A stretch of DNA of 61,958 bases from an uncultured Gammaproteobacteria bacterium (GTDB lineage: Bacteria > Patescibacteriota > Microgenomatia > UBA8517). The first letter of the stretch is position 1. Each line of letters starts with the position of its first letter. Where the stretch lies: contig CAZSNC010000002.1 in assembly GCA_964608405.1 (NCBI GenBank), forward strand, positions 8,155 to 70,112, written 5' to 3'. A program made the position numbers and the translations under genes. This document shows positions 40,747 through 49,487 of the stretch, in pieces. The notes under the pieces are model-generated. The model was not told the origin of the DNA. It searched no databases and saw only the letters and a list, made by a program, of their open reading frames with translations.

Positions 40747-41682
40747 ATGGTTAGACTGCCCGTATTTCGTGGAAAAAGACAAAAAGGTCAAGCACTTCTT
40801 TTAATACTGCTTGTGATGTCTTTGGTTCTTACAGTGGTATTGTCATCAGTATCTAAATCTGTAACAGATGTTGAAATATCAAAGTATGAAGACAATTCAA
40901 TTCGCGCTTTTGATGCAGCACAAGCAGGAATCGAACGGGCAATAGTCGGGTCTGTGACTTACGGTGCTACAGTTCCTCTCGAGAATCAGGCTACATTTAC
41001 ACCTGAAGAAACAAGCGATACTAGCGAAAAAAACAAATACAACTATCCTTTGAATTTACTTTCAGGGGAACCAGCAACAATTCATTTTTCAGGTTTTAAG
41101 AAAGATGCAAATGGTGATTTTGTACCAGACTGCTCAGGTAATTTGTGTAATAATGCCTCTCTGAATCAACTCCGTGTGTGTTGGGGACAAGCTGGAATCC
41201 CAGCTTCTTCTAATGAAACACCTGCCGTATATTTGGAGTTTTACTATACAAATAGCATATTAAACTTCAACAGTGGAGATTTGAGTAGTGTTTACAGGGG
41301 GTACAGTATAGGAATCGACCCCAATAGTACAAGAAGAGCGAGCAATCATTTCTCAGCAAGTCTGGGGGCATCGAGTAATCCGCATCGTTGTGATGATAAA
41401 TATGCATTCTCATATTTATTTTCAGGTCCTTCTTCTCCTTTAAATCCTCCAGCTGGAGGAGCATTATTGTTTTTAAAAATATCGCTTCTTTATAACACAA
41501 ACATACCTCAACCGGTGGGGGTAGCTGGCTCTGTCGCGAGTCTTAAGAGTCAAGGGTCAATAATCACATCAACAGGAAATGCGGGCGATGTTTATAGAAA
41601 GCTTGTTTTGTTTCAGGGATACCCGGAAATTCCTTTTGAAATAGGAAATGCAATCTACTCTAGAACTGGTTTGTCTAAATAA
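40747..41682 (+). CDS. PilX-like pilus-associated protein
   Basis: RGKRQKGQALLLILLVMSLVLTVVLS resembles the PilX N-terminal segment (no E+5). 311 aa with a large C-terminal domain. Confidence 0.6.
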   Translation: MVRLPVFRGKRQKGQALLLILLVMSLVLTVVLSSVSKSVTDVEISKYEDNSIRAFDAAQAGIERAIVGSVTYGATVPLENQATFTPEETSDTSEKNKYNYPLNLLSGEPATIHFSGFKKDANGDFVPDCSGNLCNNASLNQLRVCWGQAGIPASSNETPAVYLEFYYTNSILNFNSGDLSSVYRGYSIGIDPNSTRRASNHFSASLGASSNPHRCDDKYAFSYLFSGPSSPLNPPAGGALLFLKISLLYNTNIPQPVGVAGSVASLKSQGSIITSTGNAGDVYRKLVLFQGYPEIPFEIGNAIYSRTGLSK

Positions 41683-41684
41683 TT

Positions 41685-42695
41685 ATGGTAGGACTTGATA
41701 TCGGTTCAAAAACAATCAAAATAGTTGAGCTTGAGAAAACCCGAGATTCTTTCAAATTGAAAGCAAGCGGAATAATTGGCTATAGAAGCAGTACTCCGGA
41801 ACACTTGACGGATGACAAAGAGATCGCTGTTCTGTCTGACGTAATCAGGAAGCTTCACAAAGAGGCAAAGATTGTGAGTCGTGAGGTTGTTGTTTCGATT
41901 CCCGAAACTCAAGTGTATACGAGAATGATACGTTTTCCGCTTTTAACGGATTCCGAAATTGCTTCAGCTGTTAAGTGGGAGGCGGAGCAGTATATCCCCT
42001 TCCCCATTGAAGAAGCGGTTATTGACTACCAGATTATTGACAGAAAAGAAAATGCTACTCCTCCACAGGTTTATGTCCTTTTAATTGCGGCACCGAAACT
42101 GCTTGTTAACCGTTACGTTAAATTAATCAATATGTGTAAACTTGAACTTGTTGCCATCGAAACGGAATTAATGGCCATTGCCCGTTCGATTTGCCCGATA
42201 GATCAGACGGTAATGGTTGCCGACTTTGGTGCCAGATCCACAAATATCGCAATTGTTAAAAACACCTCTCTCATGATGTCCAGAAGTATTCCAACGGCAG
42301 GAGATGCGCTAACACGTGCCGTTGCACAGGGTCTTGGAATTGAAGCAACACAAGCGGAGGAATACAAAAAGACCTATGGACTCTCGTCTTCAAATCTTGA
42401 CGGAAAAATCAAATCGGTTTTATACCCGGTTTTGAGAATGGTTTCTGATGAAATAAAAAAAGCCGTTCATTATTACCAGTCTGAGGCTGAGGGAGATCCG
42501 CCGAAATCCTTGATACTAACAGGCGGTTCCGCGAGCATGCCTGAGGTTGCATCTATTATGACGGAACTGCTTGGAATTGAAGTATCAATCGGTAATCCGT
42601 TTTCAAAGCTTCAGATCGACCCTCAAGCGTTGAAACAAATTTCGGGATATGCACCCTTTTATGGGATTGCGGTTGGGCTATCAATGAGAGCGTAA
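41685..42695 (+). CDS. pilM: Type IV pilus assembly protein PilM (actin-like ATPase fold)
   Basis: MVGLDIGSKTIKIVEL..., DFGARSTNIAIV, LTGGSASMP phosphate and adenosine motifs. Confidence 0.88.
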   Translation: MVGLDIGSKTIKIVELEKTRDSFKLKASGIIGYRSSTPEHLTDDKEIAVLSDVIRKLHKEAKIVSREVVVSIPETQVYTRMIRFPLLTDSEIASAVKWEAEQYIPFPIEEAVIDYQIIDRKENATPPQVYVLLIAAPKLLVNRYVKLINMCKLELVAIETELMAIARSICPIDQTVMVADFGARSTNIAIVKNTSLMMSRSIPTAGDALTRAVAQGLGIEATQAEEYKKTYGLSSSNLDGKIKSVLYPVLRMVSDEIKKAVHYYQSEAEGDPPKSLILTGGSASMPEVASIMTELLGIEVSIGNPFSKLQIDPQALKQISGYAPFYGIAVGLSMRA

Positions 42696-42700
42696 ATACT

Positions 42701-43228
42701 ATGCGCCAAATTAACTTATTACCACCTGAACTCAAGCCAAGTAAACAAGTGGGCTTATTACTTAAAAAAGCAGAAAAATTTTTTATAGGAATTCTTCTTG
42801 TATATTTGTTTTTGATGGGGGCGGCATTTGCTTACAAACAATATTTGGACAAGGATCTTGTTCAATATAAAAATAAAAAGACGATGCTTTCAAACGAGCT
42901 TAAAAGTTTGGTTAATGTCGAAACCTCGACTGTCTATATCAGGGACCGTGTTCAAAAGTATAAGATGCTTTCTAATAAGGACGTAGAACAGACAAACCTT
43001 AAACTGTTTGAGGAGGCGCATCAATATTTTCCAACGGATGCGAAAATTACCCTAATCGATATATCTGAAAACAATATTTCATATTCTGTTACGGTTGCCA
43101 ACCTTGCATCCTTTTCCCGCTTGATTACTGGTTTGACACAGTCGGATCTTTACAAAGAAATTACTATTGCGGGTTTAACGCTTTCAGAAGACGGGAGTTA
43201 TAAATTCAGTCTGGTTATGTCGTTTTAG
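42701..43228 (+). CDS. pilN: Type IV pilus assembly protein PilN
   Basis: MRQINLLPPELKP signature, followed by a single TM helix. Confidence 0.8.
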   Translation: MRQINLLPPELKPSKQVGLLLKKAEKFFIGILLVYLFLMGAAFAYKQYLDKDLVQYKNKKTMLSNELKSLVNVETSTVYIRDRVQKYKMLSNKDVEQTNLKLFEEAHQYFPTDAKITLIDISENNISYSVTVANLASFSRLITGLTQSDLYKEITIAGLTLSEDGSYKFSLVMSF

Positions 43229-43239
43229 TAAAAATTTAT

Positions 43240-43974
43240 ATGTCACTGGAACTAAAAATGGATTCAAATAAGATCAAAAAGGAAGGTAAGTATTACCTTA
43301 TATTCGCCCTGATATTTATTGTGATTGCTTACTTTTTCTATACTACGGGGGAAAAATTTTACACCGGTATATCAAAGTCCGCGCAAGAGATCAAAGGGAT
43401 CAGATCGGATAATGATATTTTGGAGTCCAAGATTTTGTCTTTAAAGTCAATTAAGGACAGTGTTAATGCAGACGTAAACGCACTCAATGTTTCTTTCCAG
43501 TCGGAAGACCCTTCCCTTTTTATGTATTCACAACTGAAAGCTATTGCGGCAGAAACTGGTATCGAACTTTCCGAAATCGCTTTTTCCCAGGGTCAGCCAA
43601 GCGGAAGTATAAATGTGGGTGTTATTGGCTTTACGGTTAAGGGTATAAAAGACAGCGTTTTCAATTTTATATCGGAGTTAACTCAGAGCGCCCCCTTGTC
43701 GGGTTTGGGGGCAATGTCATTTTCCAACTACTTTCAAAGCGGTGAAACGATGGAAATTGATATGTCAGTACAGGTTTATTATTCGCCACTGCCGGAAGTC
43801 TTACCTGATACGAATGAAATTGTAAATTCTCTCACACAAGAGGAGAAGGATGCATACGAACAATTGGTCAAACTTAAAGTGTTTTCGGTTGCGGAAATAA
43901 AGGCACAGCCTCAGGGAGATGGTGATCTCGATCCATTTAATTTTCAAACAGTGATTCCTGAAGAAGTACAGTAG
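43240..43974 (+). CDS. PilO-like pilus assembly protein
   Basis: 244 aa. TM helix (YYLIFALIFIVIAYFFY), then a coiled coil. Its position after pilM-pilN fits PilO. Confidence 0.55.
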   Translation: MSLELKMDSNKIKKEGKYYLIFALIFIVIAYFFYTTGEKFYTGISKSAQEIKGIRSDNDILESKILSLKSIKDSVNADVNALNVSFQSEDPSLFMYSQLKAIAAETGIELSEIAFSQGQPSGSINVGVIGFTVKGIKDSVFNFISELTQSAPLSGLGAMSFSNYFQSGETMEIDMSVQVYYSPLPEVLPDTNEIVNSLTQEEKDAYEQLVKLKVFSVAEIKAQPQGDGDLDPFNFQTVIPEEVQ

Positions 43975-43999
43975 GTAAAGGGGTTAGAGGTAGTTTTTT

Positions 44000-44239
44000 T
44001 TAGGCTTCTTTTTCGGAAACCTCAAGAGAGAAACCGATTTTTTCAAGGGTTGCCTTGGTTTTGAGTATCGTCCTTAATGATTTAATCATTTTTCCTTTTT
44101 TCCCAATAATTAGCCCCATATTGGAAGGCTCGGTAACAACTTTGAGGTTTATAAATCCTTCATCGGACACATTTTCCTCGATCTCAAAGTCTGAATTTCC
44201 AAGAATTTCATTAAGGAGGTATGAGAGTAAATCTTTCAT
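44000..44239 (-). CDS. KH-domain RNA-binding protein (YlqC/UPF0109-like)
   Basis: MKDLLSYLLNEILG...GLIIGKKGKMIKSLRTIL (GxxG KH motif). The start is taken at the internal ATG, 1 nt after the rpsP stop. The 146-aa track ORF extends it over rpsP in another frame. Confidence 0.8.
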   Translation of the reverse strand: MKDLLSYLLNEILGNSDFEIEENVSDEGFINLKVVTEPSNMGLIIGKKGKMIKSLRTILKTKATLEKIGFSLEVSEKEA

Positions 44240-44240
44240 A

Positions 44241-44465
44241 TTATTTCTTCTCGATGAGCTTGATGACCGTTGGAGAAGCAATGGCTCCGTTTGATATCCA
44301 TTTTTGGTATTTTTCTTTTTCGATTTTAAAGATTTTCTTTTTTGGATCGTACAGTCCGAGCACTTCCAAACACTCTCCTTTAGCTTTTTTCTCTTTCTCG
44401 ACCGCGACGATTCTATACATAGCGTGGTTTCTTGACCCACCTCTTGATAGTCTTATTTTAATCAT
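44241..44465 (-). CDS. rpsP: 30S ribosomal protein S16
   Basis: MIKIRLSRGGSRNHAMYRIVAVEKE... is the canonical S16 N-terminus. Confidence 0.95.
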   Translation of the reverse strand: MIKIRLSRGGSRNHAMYRIVAVEKEKKAKGECLEVLGLYDPKKKIFKIEKEKYQKWISNGAIASPTVIKLIEKK

Positions 44466-44508
44466 AATATTTTAGTTCAAATGTGATTTTAACGGTTATC
44501 TAACAAAA

Positions 44509-45177
44509 TTACAAGGATTTGGATAATGCGTCTTTGGCAGCATTTTGTGCTGCGTCGCTTTTGCTTTTTCCCGATCCCACTCCCAAAACATCGTTATCAA
44601 CCATCACCTGAATAGTAAAACTTTTGTCATGGTCCGGCCCTTTCTCCTCAACAACGATATATTTTGGAGTTGTTGAACCTTTGGCCTGTACAGATTCCTG
44701 AAGGAGGCTTTTTGGATCTTTGAGAGGTTCCTTGCTGATTTGGTTAAGGTCGGAAAGAATATACTTTTCAATGAATGCCCTGCATTGATCAATTCCCCTA
44801 TCCAAATAAACCGCACCGATTACTGCTTCAAGTGTGTCAGCAAGGAGGGACTGGTTGGATCTCCCACCCGTTTCTTCCTCTCCTTTACTCAGGTAAAGAT
44901 ATTTACCCAATTGTAATTTTTCCGATATTTCTGAAAGACTCACGGTATTTACAAGTTTGGCTCTAAGAGCCGTTAAATATCCTTCTTCTTTATCCTTATA
45001 ATTATTGTAAATAATTTCTGACACAATAAATTCAAGTACGGCGTCTCCTAAAAATTCCAACCTCTCATTTGAACGTCTTTGGTTTTTGTGCTCGTTCACC
45101 CACGAGCGGTGTGTGAGTGCAAGTTCAAGAAGGTTTTTATCTATAAATGCGTCTTTTAAATAAGTGTAATCGTCCAT
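44509..45177 (-). CDS. rnc: Ribonuclease III
   Basis: NERLEFLGDAVLEFIVS signature, plus a C-terminal dsRBD (GPDHDKSFTIQV...GSGKSKSDAAQNAAKDAL). Confidence 0.95.
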   Translation of the reverse strand: MDDYTYLKDAFIDKNLLELALTHRSWVNEHKNQRRSNERLEFLGDAVLEFIVSEIIYNNYKDKEEGYLTALRAKLVNTVSLSEISEKLQLGKYLYLSKGEEETGGRSNQSLLADTLEAVIGAVYLDRGIDQCRAFIEKYILSDLNQISKEPLKDPKSLLQESVQAKGSTTPKYIVVEEKGPDHDKSFTIQVMVDNDVLGVGSGKSKSDAAQNAAKDALSKSL

Positions 45178-45180
45178 AAT

Positions 45181-45435
45181 CTAAAATTCATCGTTTTCCG
45201 AGGAGATATCAATAAGGTCCTGCACACTGTGAATGTTTTCGATTTTGGTCAAATCTATATCGATACCATTATCGATTAAAAGATGTAAATAATCGGTAAT
45301 TTCAACAGCATTCATATGCAGGTCCTCCCTTAATGAGTCGTCGTTTGCGACATCCTCGACTCCGATACCCAAATATTCAGATAATAATTTTTTGATTTTG
45401 TTTTCGTTTTCAACTAAATGACTTTTACCGTTCAT
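45181..45435 (-). CDS. Acyl-carrier-protein-like small acidic protein lacking the canonical phosphopantetheinyl Ser
   Basis: 84 aa. It aligns by eye to ACP (EDLHMNAVEITDYLHLLIDN versus [20 protein letters not shown]), with Ala at the Ser position. It lies immediately upstream of rnc, as acpA does in Firmicutes. Confidence 0.5.
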   Translation of the reverse strand: MNGKSHLVENENKIKKLLSEYLGIGVEDVANDDSLREDLHMNAVEITDYLHLLIDNGIDIDLTKIENIHSVQDLIDISSENDEF

Positions 45436-45785
45436 ATTTTCATCTCGTATATTGTACCTAATACTCCATTGACAAATGAAGAGGAACTTTCCGATCCGTA
45501 CTCTTTGGCAATTTCAACCGCTTCGTCAATCACAACTTTTTGCGGAGTTGTTTTTTGAAGTAGTTCAAATACCGCAAAACGCAATATTGCAAGGTCAATC
45601 TTGTTGATTTTATCAATCGGCCAGGCAGGGGCGGCTTTTGTAATTACTTTATCGATTTTTTTAATAGACGAAAGAGCTTTTAATACATCCTCAGGTGTAT
45701 GTTTTTGGTGGGCGAAACTCTCTGCGAATAGATACTTTATCATGCGTTTCCGGTATAGATGCCTGGGGTCTTTAGCCGTTTTCAT
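45432..45785 (-). CDS. nusB: Transcription antitermination factor NusB
   Basis: MKTAKDPRHLYRKRMIKYLF...ILRFAVFELL...VVIDEAVEIAKEYGSESSSSFVNGVLG matches NusB. ATG 45785 is preferred over the TTG 45821 of the ORF track. Confidence 0.85.
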   Translation of the reverse strand: MKTAKDPRHLYRKRMIKYLFAESFAHQKHTPEDVLKALSSIKKIDKVITKAAPAWPIDKINKIDLAILRFAVFELLQKTTPQKVVIDEAVEIAKEYGSESSSSFVNGVLGTIYEMKI

Positions 45786-45858
45786 AATACAAGTATAAGT
45801 ATATATCCGGGAAAATGGCAATATTAAGAAGTATTTCTTAACCTCTTTGGATTACCGA

Positions 45859-46014
45859 TTATTTGTAGAAACCACAATATTTGCAGGCTTTATGAGCCTC
45901 CTTGAGTTTCTTACAGGACGGACAACTCATGAGTATGGGAAGGCTAAGTTTGTGGGAATTCCTTCTCTTGTTGCTGCGTGAACGGGTATGCTTCTTTTTT
46001 GGTAAAGGTGTCAT
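45859..46014 (-). CDS. rpmF: 50S ribosomal protein L32
   Basis: Own translation gives MTPLPKKKHTRSRSNKRRNSHKLSLPILMSCPSCKKLKEAHKACKYCGFYK (51 aa, CxxC...CxxC zinc ribbon). It is below the ORF-track length cutoff. Confidence 0.85.
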   Translation of the reverse strand: MTPLPKKKHTRSRSNKRRNSHKLSLPILMSCPSCKKLKEAHKACKYCGFYK

Positions 46015-46056
46015 AACAGGGTAATTTTACAAGAAGATTAAAATATATTCAATCGG

Positions 46057-48072
46057 CTAATTGGGAGGTATATTTCCGGCAACAAAATGTTTCAGAAGAT
46101 CGTTATATTTTTGCCTATTGGCAATTATCTTATCCGCAAAATCCTTTGATAACTTAATAAGTTCAGAATCTCCCCATGAGGCATTCTTCAGTTCAAAGAA
46201 TCCGTGTTGAGTTGTGCCGAAGATTTCACCAGGTCCACGTATTTTTAGGTCTATTTCGGCAAGCTCAAATCCGGAAGTGTGTTCCTTTAGAGCATTTAGT
46301 CTTTTCGATACGAAATTTCCGGAAATTATAGGCATCAACAGACAGTATGACTTTTTATCTCCCCGCCCTACCCTACCCCTTAACTGGTGTAACTGTGCCA
46401 ACCCAAACCTTTCGGGAGCTTCGATTACCATTATCGTTGCATTTTTAATATCAATTCCGACTTCAACGACGGGCGTTGAGACCAGGATGTCGGTTTTGCC
46501 CGATTTGAAGGCGTTTATTGCTTTTTCTTTTTCATCATTTTTTAATTTTCCATGAAGTAGTCCTACACTATTACCTTTAAAAAATTTTTTCAGATCCTCA
46601 TACATTTTGACGACGGCTTTTACGTCTTTCATTGTTTCGTACTCCGATTCTTCGATTAAGGGGCAAACATAAAATACCTGGGTTTTGTGTTTGTTGATTT
46701 GTCCCCGGATCCATTCGTAAGAAGCCTGTCTTTTATTTGCAGGAACAATCCATGTTGTTATTGGCACTCTTCCTTTAGGCATTTCCTTAAGTATGGATAA
46801 GTCCAGATCCCCATATACGGTTAAAGCGATTGTTCTTGGAATCGGTGTTGCCGTCATTGTTAAAACGTGAGGGATTTTATTATTTTGTCCTGATTTTTTT
46901 ACAAGAAGAGTTCTCTGTTCAACTCCAAAGCGGTGTTGCTCGTCGATGACAACCAAGGCGATTTTCTCATTTTCGATGAGGCGGTAAATGAGAGCATGAG
47001 TACCGATATAGACATCGGCCGCATCTTTATTACCGCTTTTGTTTATTGAGGTAACCAGCTTAACCCTGATTTTGTATTTTTTAAAAAGTTTCCTTAATGT
47101 GTCATAGTGTTGATTGGACAGTATTTGGGTTGGCGCCATGATTACCGACTGGTACCCTGCCAAAAATGCTGCAAATACCGCAATTGCCGCAACAGCCGTT
47201 TTTCCGCTTCCGACATCTCCCTCGAGCAATCGATTCATGGGTGTTTCTTTTCCGATATCGGAAAGAATCTCATCGACACTCTCTGCTTGTGAAGGGGTGA
47301 GCGTAAAGGGCAGATCCTTAATAAATTTATCTATAGCCCTTTTATCGTTTGTAATTTGGTAGAGCGCCTTGTTTTGTTTCCATAAATCTTTTCGGTAGAT
47401 GCTTTGTAGAGTGAGCGACAGGATCTCATTGAAACCGAGTCTTCTTTTTGCATTTTTTTGATCGTTTTCGTTTTTAGGGAAATGTAAGTCGTAAATCGCT
47501 TTTTTTTGTCCGACAAAGGAATATTTTTTTAAATCACCTTCAGGAATAAATTCATCAATTTTTATGTTTGCAACTTTAAGGGCAAAGGCGATTTTATTCC
47601 GTAGCCATTTGGAGGAAACCCCGTAAGTTTCCGGATATATCGGAACCAATCTTCCCGTATGGATAAAACTATCGCCAATTTCATATTCTGGGGAAAGAAA
47701 AGCTTTACTCGTGCCAAAAAACTCGACACGACCGGAGTAGCACATCTCAAGTCCCCTTTTCATACTCATTGTGAGGTATGGTTGATTAAACCAGATGATC
47801 TTCATTTTTCCGGATTCATCCTCAATTTCTCCTATCTGCATAATCCTCCCCGACTTGGAATATTGGTTTTTTATAAAGTTTAATTTTGCGATTACGGTTG
47901 CTGTATCGCCGACTTTTATGCCTTGAATTTTTGAGACATTTCTGAAGTCTATAAACCGGCTTGGCGGATGGGTCAATAGATCACCAATTTTTACAATACC
48001 AAGCTTACTTAATCTTTTAAGGTAAACAGGGCCCACTTTAGGTAGTTTAGAAACGGAATCGGATAGATTCAT
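46057..48072 (-). CDS. recG: ATP-dependent DNA helicase RecG
   Basis: 671 aa. Wedge/OB N-terminus, LTPSQAESVDEI, MNRLLEGDVGSGKT, VIDEQHRFGV, MTATPIPRT, QLHQLRGRVGRG. Confidence 0.93.
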   Translation of the reverse strand: MNLSDSVSKLPKVGPVYLKRLSKLGIVKIGDLLTHPPSRFIDFRNVSKIQGIKVGDTATVIAKLNFIKNQYSKSGRIMQIGEIEDESGKMKIIWFNQPYLTMSMKRGLEMCYSGRVEFFGTSKAFLSPEYEIGDSFIHTGRLVPIYPETYGVSSKWLRNKIAFALKVANIKIDEFIPEGDLKKYSFVGQKKAIYDLHFPKNENDQKNAKRRLGFNEILSLTLQSIYRKDLWKQNKALYQITNDKRAIDKFIKDLPFTLTPSQAESVDEILSDIGKETPMNRLLEGDVGSGKTAVAAIAVFAAFLAGYQSVIMAPTQILSNQHYDTLRKLFKKYKIRVKLVTSINKSGNKDAADVYIGTHALIYRLIENEKIALVVIDEQHRFGVEQRTLLVKKSGQNNKIPHVLTMTATPIPRTIALTVYGDLDLSILKEMPKGRVPITTWIVPANKRQASYEWIRGQINKHKTQVFYVCPLIEESEYETMKDVKAVVKMYEDLKKFFKGNSVGLLHGKLKNDEKEKAINAFKSGKTDILVSTPVVEVGIDIKNATIMVIEAPERFGLAQLHQLRGRVGRGDKKSYCLLMPIISGNFVSKRLNALKEHTSGFELAEIDLKIRGPGEIFGTTQHGFFELKNASWGDSELIKLSKDFADKIIANRQKYNDLLKHFVAGNIPPN

Positions 48073-48212
48073 TTTTCTTTATAATATCACGAAGGCGATT
48101 AGATGATGTAAAAAAGCATCGGGACAAAAGTGGTAAGAAGAAGGGCAAGTGTTGCGACGATAACCAAGACCCTGATTAATTTTTCCTGTTTTTTAGTTCT
48201 TATCATATTTGT

Positions 48213-49367
48213 TTATTTGGCCTCAAGAAAAACCTTTTCTCCGACTTTGATTTTATCCCCGCTTTTAACTTTATATGTAGGATCGGTGAGAAGTGTGTTG
48301 TTTACATCTACAGACTTTTGGGCAATGTATCTTTTTGCATCCGACATGCTTTTTAATGATGTGTATGGGGCTATCGTTGACGCCAAAGTATTGCCCGGAA
48401 CCACTTTAATATCATAATCGGGTGCTTTTTCCTGAAAAGTTTTTTCAAATATGTTTTTGGCATCGGTGGCATCTTTTTCTCCCCAAATGAGTCTTACAAT
48501 TTCAAATGCAAGATGTTTTTTCTCTTCCATAGGGTTATTGGAAATCTTTTGTTGTAGCCCATCAAGGTCAACTTCTGTTAAAAGTTCGAAAGCGGGTAAT
48601 ATTGCCTCATCCGGAAAGGACATGATTCCACCAAAGAATTTATCGGATGTGGAGTCAAGAAATAGAGCATTTCCGGTAGTTTTTCCAACCTTTTTACCGT
48701 CTTTGTCTACGAGAAGTTTGGTTGCAAGGACGTATTTTTCCTTGTCTTTGATTGCTCTCATTAAAGCCCTTCCGGCAAGCATATTAAATATCTGATCATT
48801 TCCGCCAACTTCAAGATCAACATCCATTACAACACTGTCGTATCCTTGGGCAATCGGGTAAAGAAATTCGTGCATGTATATTGGTTCATTTCTTTTTAAT
48901 CTTTGTTGGTACATATCCCGTTCGATCAGCTGCTGAACAGTGAAGTTGGAGGAGATCTGTATCAAATCTTTAAATGTAATTTTGTCGGACCATTGTGAGT
49001 TTTTCATAATCTCGACTTTATTTTCTCCTTCAAAATCCAGTAGGTTTTTGATTTGCGATTTCCAGGTTTGATAATTATTTTCCACTTCCTCCCGAGTTAA
49101 CTGTTTTCGCACTGCAAGTTTATCGGAAGGGTCGCCGATCATACCTGTAAAATCTCCGATCAGAAAGATTACCTTATGGCCCAATTTCTGAAACTGGCGG
49201 AGTTTCATCACCCCGACCAGATTTCCCAGATGTAATGAGGGCATTGAGGGGTCAAATCCCTGGTAGAGTTTGATTTTCTTTTCACCCATTAATTTCTTGA
49301 GAGTGTCCTTCGAGGGTAAAACCTCCGCAACACCTCTTGTTAAGACATCGTCAATAGTAAAATTCAT
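48213..49367 (-). CDS. tyrS: Tyrosyl-tRNA synthetase
   Basis: 384 aa. YQGFDPSMPSLHLGNL (HIGH-type motif), GKKVGKT (KMSKS-type motif), C-terminal S4-like domain. Confidence 0.9.
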   Translation of the reverse strand: MNFTIDDVLTRGVAEVLPSKDTLKKLMGEKKIKLYQGFDPSMPSLHLGNLVGVMKLRQFQKLGHKVIFLIGDFTGMIGDPSDKLAVRKQLTREEVENNYQTWKSQIKNLLDFEGENKVEIMKNSQWSDKITFKDLIQISSNFTVQQLIERDMYQQRLKRNEPIYMHEFLYPIAQGYDSVVMDVDLEVGGNDQIFNMLAGRALMRAIKDKEKYVLATKLLVDKDGKKVGKTTGNALFLDSTSDKFFGGIMSFPDEAILPAFELLTEVDLDGLQQKISNNPMEEKKHLAFEIVRLIWGEKDATDAKNIFEKTFQEKAPDYDIKVVPGNTLASTIAPYTSLKSMSDAKRYIAQKSVDVNNTLLTDPTYKVKSGDKIKVGEKVFLEAK

Positions 49368-49487
49368 ATATTCCTATTATATAATTTAAAGGCTTGATTA
49401 CAACAGACCAAGACTTTTGGATTATTTTTGAACTATAATAATACTGCCAACTCTCTTTCCCGATAAGGGATAGTATTTTTATAATTT

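Noticed and set aside
44000-44440. 146-aa minus-strand ORF overlapping rpsP
   Set aside because: The N-terminal 67 residues (Lys/Arg/Ser-rich) are an alternative-frame read of rpsP. The real KH-domain protein starts at the internal ATG (44239), right after the rpsP stop.
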